Shown here in pieces: positions 58,195 through 64,000 of a DNA stretch of 64,000 bases. Numbering within the stretch: position 1 is the first letter of the stretch; every line of letters begins with the position of its first letter. Origin of the DNA: Emiliania huxleyi CCMP1516 (Eukaryota); the NCBI RefSeq assembly GCF_000372725.1, contig NW_005201287.1:775081-839080 (forward strand), read 5' to 3'. Below the pieces are notes generated by a model. That model was not told where the DNA came from and did not search any database. It saw only the letters and a program-made list of their open reading frames with translations. A program made the position numbers and the translations under genes.

Positions 58195-60684
58195 ATGATC
58201 GACGACGATGCTGGGGCCTTCGATGCGTGGTTCCGCACCCGGCGCCCCGCCAAGCACCGGCCCCGCCCCGCGACGGCAGCGGCTGACGGAGGCCTAGACC
58301 GGATGCTGAGATCCGAGTCCGCCCCCCTCCTCTCCCGCCGGGAGGCGAGCCCTCGCCGCTCTCCGCAACCCGCGGCTACCGCGGCGACAGGCCTGGCTCC
58401 GGCGACCGCGGTTGGCCTTCTTGGCCCGAGCGGGCGGATCATGATTGGAGAGGCAGATCGGGCACGGGCTATGTACGCGTGGGGCGTCTCTGCTCCAGAG
58501 GCAAAGGTTGCAGAGATCAGAGCGATCGCCCGCGAGGGAGGTTCGGGCATCGCGGCCTGGCGGACCATGCTCCAGCGAGAGGCCACAGGTGCGACCGCGC
58601 GCGCAACGACGGCCCCGATGGGCGCGAGCCGGGCGAGCCAGTGGGCGAGGCTGCAGAGCGGCGCGGCGAGTGGGGCTGGTCGCCCACAGACTGCGGGAAA
58701 TGCCGATGCGTGGGGCCGGCACCAGTCAGCAGAGAATCAATCTAGCCAGCGAATGCAGCGCAGCCTGTCGCGCTTCTCGCTCGAGCCGCCAAGGCGAACT
58801 CAGCTAGACGCCTCCACCCTGGAAAGGATTGCTGCCTTTGAACGCACGCACCGCGCTGCCGGGACGCAAGGCTTGGTGGCAGTCGACGCAGCGCGACACG
58901 CAGGTCACATGGACGCCAGTCATGACGCCAGCTGTCTCCCCTCCTTTGACGACGCGATTGCGACGCTGAGGCGGAACCGGCTGCTCATCCTCCCGCGATC
59001 GGGTCACGGAGGCAGTGGGGAGAGGGATGTGCCTTCAAGAGCACCCGACGACCAGGGCCCACTCACTACGCTCGAGGAGGGAGGCGGCGGGGAGGGCGGA
59101 GACGCGCCAGGATGGGGCGAAGCGTTGCCGCCGAACGAGGTCGAGGACGGGGATCGGCCGGAGTCGCGCCTCCTCGGTTGCCTACTGCCCCTCTTGGTGG
59201 CAGAGGAGCCTGGTGCGAAGGCTGCTGAGCTCCGCCACTGCAAAGACGTGCTGCGAGAGGAGCAGGCACTCCTCACGCAGGCGTTTGACTTCTACCGATC
59301 GCAGCCCGGCCTCGCAGTGGCGTTAGCAGACGGCGGGATGGCAACGACTGAGGGGCAGGCAAAGCAGGCTGCTGACGAGTCGAGGCCGCCCTCCGACCCC
59401 GAGGAGGCGTGGATCATGGATGGCTCCGGCGCGTGCCTCTGCCGCGCGCAGTGGTGGCACTTGCTCCGAGACTCGCCGGGCCTGCTCGGCAACGGCCTCA
59501 CGTGCTCGGACGTCGACTTTCTGTTTGAAGAGGCGATGTCGCGCTCGGGAACGGAAGGCGCCCTCCTCGAAGTCGAAGTCGAAGCCGGGAGCTACGCGCC
59601 CTCGGGAGGCGGCGACACCTCCCCGTCCAACCGACGAGTCGGGTTGGACCCTCACGCGCCCTTGGCCACCATCAATTTGGCCGGCTTTGTCGTCGCGCTC
59701 GCCCACCTCGCCCACACCAAAGCGCGCCTGGCAAATGAGGCGCCCGCGCCGCTCGGCGTCCAGCTTCGCAAGCTACTGCACGGGCACGTCGAGCCGGCCC
59801 TCGGAGGAGCCTCGAGGCTGGACGCACTCAGCAGGGAGCTGCGTCGTCCGCCTTTCACCTCACTGCTCGCCCGCCACTTGCCCATCCTCCGGCGCTGCTG
59901 GAAGTATTGGAATACGCAGCACGGCGAGGTGCTCTCTAGGGGATCGCGGCAGACGGCGGCAGCGCTGACTTCACCGTTTGCCATCAAGGACGACGCGGCG
60001 GCGCGGAGAGACGGCAAAGAGGTGTGGCTCATGGACAGTGGCGGCGACACTGCCGACTTGCTCAGTTCGGAGGACCGGTTCAACTACAACGAGATGATCA
60101 TCATGCTGCGCGAGACGGGTATGTTCCGTGGCGGCGCGCTCAAGGTGTCGGACGTGCCCGATATCTTTGAGGCGGCGACCGGCGACCGGCCACGCCTTGC
60201 CGATGTCCACGCGGCGAACGCGAGAGACGAGCTCATCTTTGACGAGTTTGTGGAGTTGCTGGTGAGAATTGCAGTCCACCGCGACCGGGGCGGGGCTGGC
60301 GGCCGGTGGATGCGGCGGCCGGAGGTGTCAGACACCGCGGCGCTCGTTTCACTGGCAGACGACTTTCTACGTGACTTTTATAATGCGACGGACCGCTTCT
60401 ATCCTGGCGGACTAGCGCGCATCGTACGGAAGGAGCTTGACGATGGGCCACCGGGCGAACCGGCGACTCGCCGCGTCCACGCTCCGAGCGGGGCGATGCG
60501 AAGCGGGCCGCCACACTCGAGCCTCTCTGTCGCCACCGGGCCACCGCCCTCCCCCGTCCGCGTGCCAATGGCAGCGACATCTCCGGTCATCCTTCGCTCG
60601 CCTCCGACTCAGAGGCAGCCCGCCAAGCCGCGCAAGCCGCTTGACGCTAGAGCGCTGCGCCGCAAGCTGGACGCGATCCGCTGA
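58195..60684 (+). CDS. Intronless 829-aa protein with degenerate EF-hand-like helices, function unknown
   Basis: Long ATG-initiated ORF; INLAGFVVALAHLA and LIFDEFVELLVRIA resemble EF-hand-like segments of ciliary proteins. Confidence 0.65.
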   Translation: MIDDDAGAFDAWFRTRRPAKHRPRPATAAADGGLDRMLRSESAPLLSRREASPRRSPQPAATAATGLAPATAVGLLGPSGRIMIGEADRARAMYAWGVSAPEAKVAEIRAIAREGGSGIAAWRTMLQREATGATARATTAPMGASRASQWARLQSGAASGAGRPQTAGNADAWGRHQSAENQSSQRMQRSLSRFSLEPPRRTQLDASTLERIAAFERTHRAAGTQGLVAVDAARHAGHMDASHDASCLPSFDDAIATLRRNRLLILPRSGHGGSGERDVPSRAPDDQGPLTTLEEGGGGEGGDAPGWGEALPPNEVEDGDRPESRLLGCLLPLLVAEEPGAKAAELRHCKDVLREEQALLTQAFDFYRSQPGLAVALADGGMATTEGQAKQAADESRPPSDPEEAWIMDGSGACLCRAQWWHLLRDSPGLLGNGLTCSDVDFLFEEAMSRSGTEGALLEVEVEAGSYAPSGGGDTSPSNRRVGLDPHAPLATINLAGFVVALAHLAHTKARLANEAPAPLGVQLRKLLHGHVEPALGGASRLDALSRELRRPPFTSLLARHLPILRRCWKYWNTQHGEVLSRGSRQTAAALTSPFAIKDDAAARRDGKEVWLMDSGGDTADLLSSEDRFNYNEMIIMLRETGMFRGGALKVSDVPDIFEAATGDRPRLADVHAANARDELIFDEFVELLVRIAVHRDRGGAGGRWMRRPEVSDTAALVSLADDFLRDFYNATDRFYPGGLARIVRKELDDGPPGEPATRRVHAPSGAMRSGPPHSSLSVATGPPPSPVRVPMAATSPVILRSPPTQRQPAKPRKPLDARALRRKLDAIR

Positions 60685-60697
60685 GGTGGGCCAGCCT

Positions 60698-61498
60698 TCA
60701 CGCCACACCGCGGCTCGCGTCTTCCCCAGACGACAGAAGGAACAGCAGCCGGTCCACCTGGGGCACGAGGCCGCCGTCGGCCACGACCCCCACCAGCTCG
60801 TTCGCCTTCTCCACCGTCTTGAGGACACTAGTTCCTGCAGCTATACGGAGCCGCACTTTGATCCACTCCACCTTCTGCACCAGCGTGGTGAGGCCGTGGG
60901 GAGCCTCGGTGCCGTTGCCGACGGCGGGCACGATGCCGTCGTCGGGCTCGAGGCCGTCGCCGGGCACGGGCTTGGACTCTAGCACGGCGGCGCCAGCATC
61001 GCGGCGGTCGTTTTGGCCGTCAACTAGCACGGCGCCGTCGCCGGAGCCGCTGAGCACGGCGCCGTCGCCGGAGCCGCTGAGCATGACGCGGCCGACCACG
61101 AGCTCGTGCTCCGAGGCTGCCGGCGCAGCTCGCGCCTCCACCGCCGCAAGCAGCCGCGCAAAGGCCACCTCGCGCGCCTCCGCGTCCGCCTCGAGCGCCG
61201 CGAGCCGTCGCTCGAGGGCCGCCTCACGCACCTCCGCCTTCGTCGCGTTGGACTTCAGAAGGCCGACCTCGTTGACCGCACAGATCTGCTTGGAACGCAG
61301 CGAGCTGGTCTCGACCGCCGCCTTGTCGACCCTGGAGCGCAGCACGGAGACCTCGGTGATCAGGCTGAGGATCACCCCGTCCAGCCCGAGCGGCCGCAGG
61401 AGAGCGCACGCGTTGCAGTGCGTCCAGTCGGGCTTGTTGAAGGCGCCACACTCACAGCGCCAATGACAGCCGGTGAAGGGCAAGCCAGCCGACCACAT
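60698..61498 (-). CDS. RanBP2-type zinc finger + coiled coil protein
   Basis: WRCECGAFNKPDWTHCNACALLRP followed by a heptad-rich segment; start MWSAG at 61498. Confidence 0.55.
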   Translation of the reverse strand: MWSAGLPFTGCHWRCECGAFNKPDWTHCNACALLRPLGLDGVILSLITEVSVLRSRVDKAAVETSSLRSKQICAVNEVGLLKSNATKAEVREAALERRLAALEADAEAREVAFARLLAAVEARAAPAASEHELVVGRVMLSGSGDGAVLSGSGDGAVLVDGQNDRRDAGAAVLESKPVPGDGLEPDDGIVPAVGNGTEAPHGLTTLVQKVEWIKVRLRIAAGTSVLKTVEKANELVGVVADGGLVPQVDRLLFLLSSGEDASRGVA

Positions 61499-62435
61499 CT
61501 TCTTATGCGCCCGAGTAACCTTGTCAAGGCGTTTCCCGCGCCAAGAGGTTCTGAGGCCGTGAGCACACAGAGAGAACACGGCGCTTTTTTTTAATAAAAA
61601 GAAAATTGCTTTGGTAAAGACGAGGCGACGGTGGGGGGGGGCGAGCCGAGGACGATAGAGAGGCCGCGGGTGCGGGCGCGACTCGTCGACCAGGGAGAGC
61701 GGGCTCGAGCGCTCGACCTTCCGCGGGGGGGTGGAAGTGGGTGCGACCCCCAATGCCAGTTGCCCCACCGTCCTCGCCCAGGGAGTCGGGAGCGGGGTCG
61801 CCGGAGGCGGAGTCAGCGGGATCGTGCAGAGAGGACGAAACGGCGGCGGGGCCGCGGCCAAAGAAGGCTAGGAGGGGAGGTCGGGTCCCACAGTCGTCGC
61901 GTAACCATCTCGGAAGGCGAACAGGAGGGAGGACCGAGGGGAGGGAGGGCCCCCCTCGGAGTGGGGTGAGGAGACCGTGCGCGGAGCGGGGGGTTCCGAG
62001 CGGTGATGTCAGTGAGGAATGTGTGTGTTGTCGTGCTAGTGTCTGGTGTCTACTAGCCCCGAGTAGAGGGGGCGTTCCGCTGCTAGGGGAAAAACCCGGA
62101 GCGCAGAGCTAACCCTCGGGGACCCGTGTTTACTTTACAGCCCTTTCCCTGCGAACGCGCACCCCCCTAGGGGTCAGGGCTCTCTAGCCCGCAACCCGAT
62201 GCCGATCATCCGGCCCGCTGGGTACGCTTCTTAGCTCCGCCCCGGCCCTGGATGTGAGGTTTCAGGTTAGACCGCGACTCTGACTCCAAGAGCTCCAGCA
62301 AGTGCTTGTAACGTTTTCCGCCCTAGATTCAAAATATGCACCCGGCCGGCGAGTCGGGATAAGAACCCCCCCCTCCCTTCTCGGGCCCGGCCGCAGCCCC
62401 AAAGGACGGGAAGATATAGTCTCTCTCTCAGCCCC

Positions 62436-64000
62436 TCACGCGGGCGGCGGCCAGGCGAGGGGCAGCACGCAGCACGGCGCCGGGCAGCCAACCTCCCCCG
62501 CGAGGTCGAGCCGGCCAGAGGCGACGTCGCGCCGGTAGATGCGGACGAGGTCGGCGCCTTGCTCGGCAGAGAGGAGGAGCTCTTCCGACCCGCCGGCGAG
62601 GGCGAGGCCGACGGGGGGCGCGGAGGGCCCGCTGGCGGGGGGCGCCTCCCGCTGCGCGAGCTCGAGCCGGCGGCCCCCCTCCGAGGTGCGGAGGGCGGAG
62701 ATGTGGCCGCCGCACGCCACGTACACGAACGAGCCGTCCGAGGAGCAGGCGAGCGCCCCGGCGGCGGAGGAGGAGCCGTCCGTGCCGTCGGCGTCCGCGC
62801 CGTTGACGAGCTCGACTCGCTGAACGAGGGTGAGCGCGCCGCGTCCTCCGGCGTCTCGGCCGACGTCCGCCACGAGCAGCACGCCCGAGCCGGCGCACAG
62901 CGCGTAGGCGACGCCGCCGGACGGGTGGCTAGCGAGGTGGGTCGGCCCGTCCTCGACACGCACCACGCCGCCGCCCTCGCCGCCGCCCGCCCCGCCGCCG
63001 CTGACCACCGACAGCGTCTTTCGCGCCGCGTCCCCCAGCAGCAGCCGCCACCCTCCCGCCGCCGACGGGAGGGGGAGCGCCGTCGCGCCCCCTCTCTCCC
63101 GCCCTGTCCTCGGCAGCAGCGTCGATGTGGCCACAGCCGGCAGAGGGAGGCGACTTGCTCCGGCCGCAGACGAGGGGACGAGACCGCCCGAGCGCGCCAG
63201 CCGCGGGCACGGCTTGAGCAGCCGCCGGCGCGGCAGCAGCCACTCGTGCGAGAGGAGGGCGACGGTCCTAATTACTTAATTACTTACTTACTTAGTTAAT
63301 TAATCACAGCCACTCGTGCGAGAGGAGGGCGACGCTCCCGTCTGCAGCCGACGCGACGGCGCACGCGTCGCCGCCAAGACTGCCGCAGCTCACGTGGGTG
63401 CACGCGCCGCGGCGGCCTTCGCCCCCCACGGCCACGCTCCCGGCGGCGTCGAAGCAGGGCGCGCGGCGCAGGTCGAGGCGGAGCGACAGCACGCGCGGCT
63501 GCGGGGCGGTCTCCTCCTCGTCGGGGTCGGACGCCTCCGTCGCGACGTGAAGGATGTAGCAGCCGAGCCGGCGGCCGAGCCGCAGGGAGGCCGGGGCCGC
63601 CTCGGCCGCGAGGTGGAGCAGCCGCGTGCTCATCGCCGGGCGGAAGCCGATCGGTGTCAGCTGCGCCGCGGCGGCGTCGAGCCGGAAGGCGCAGAGCCCG
63701 CCCGAGGCGGAGGGAGGCTCGCCCGGGAGGAGGGGCTTGCCGTCGCAGGCAACCACTACCACGCTGCCCGGGTCCTCGCTCGGCGAAGCGAGCAGCCACG
63801 CCGCGAGCCCGACGGCGGCGGCGCACGCGACCAGCAGCCGGCCGAGCGAGAGGGCGAGGCGCCTAGGGAGAGGAGCTTCGAGGCAGGGTCGGGCAAGGTG
63901 CTGGCGGCAGCCGACCGAGAGACGGGGCGACGCGCCACGCGCGGCTGAGCTCGTCGGCCGAGATGGGCCGGAGGGCGGTGTCGAGCCGCTCACTCACCTC
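62436..64000 (-). CDS. Lactonase-like (6-phosphogluconolactonase-type) beta-propeller with N-terminal TM; 5' end outside the window
   Basis: GLCAFRLDAAAAQLTPI, SSDGSFVYVAC, LLSAEQGADLVRIYRRDVASGRL..PAPCCV. Confidence 0.6.

Overview
Eukaryotic nuclear DNA, not prokaryotic. It is very GC-rich and gene-dense, with short introns that mostly use GC-AG boundaries and often contain simple repeats. This pattern points to a haptophyte, most like Emiliania/Gephyrocapsa huxleyi (inference). About 22 protein-coding genes are supportable. Recognisable genes: SHMT, OSCP1, IFT43, a BET-like bromodomain protein, an ARM-R2R3-MYB, a MerA/LPD-like flavoprotein, a divergent kinesin, a sterol desaturase-like protein, an FkbM methyltransferase and a YqaJ-like nuclease. 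Unusual domain fusions: multi-TM+TIR+TIR-like+RING; WWE+DNA polymerase X; DEDDh exonuclease...2xZn2Cys6+Agenet; CvfB+RRM+CysRS-tail; Golvesin-like+TM+RING-H2. The strongest non-coding signal is a series of introns that contain copies of their own flanking exon plus simple-sequence filler. The clearest is an 860-bp intron within an array of 14 exon copies separated by telomere-like CCCTRA repeats, which suggests ongoing intron birth by duplication/repair. Intergenic DNA holds a modular dispersed repeat family and several inverted-repeat-bounded, MITE-like segments. No rRNA, tRNA or CRISPR array was found. Exon boundaries and domain calls were made by eye and are approximate.
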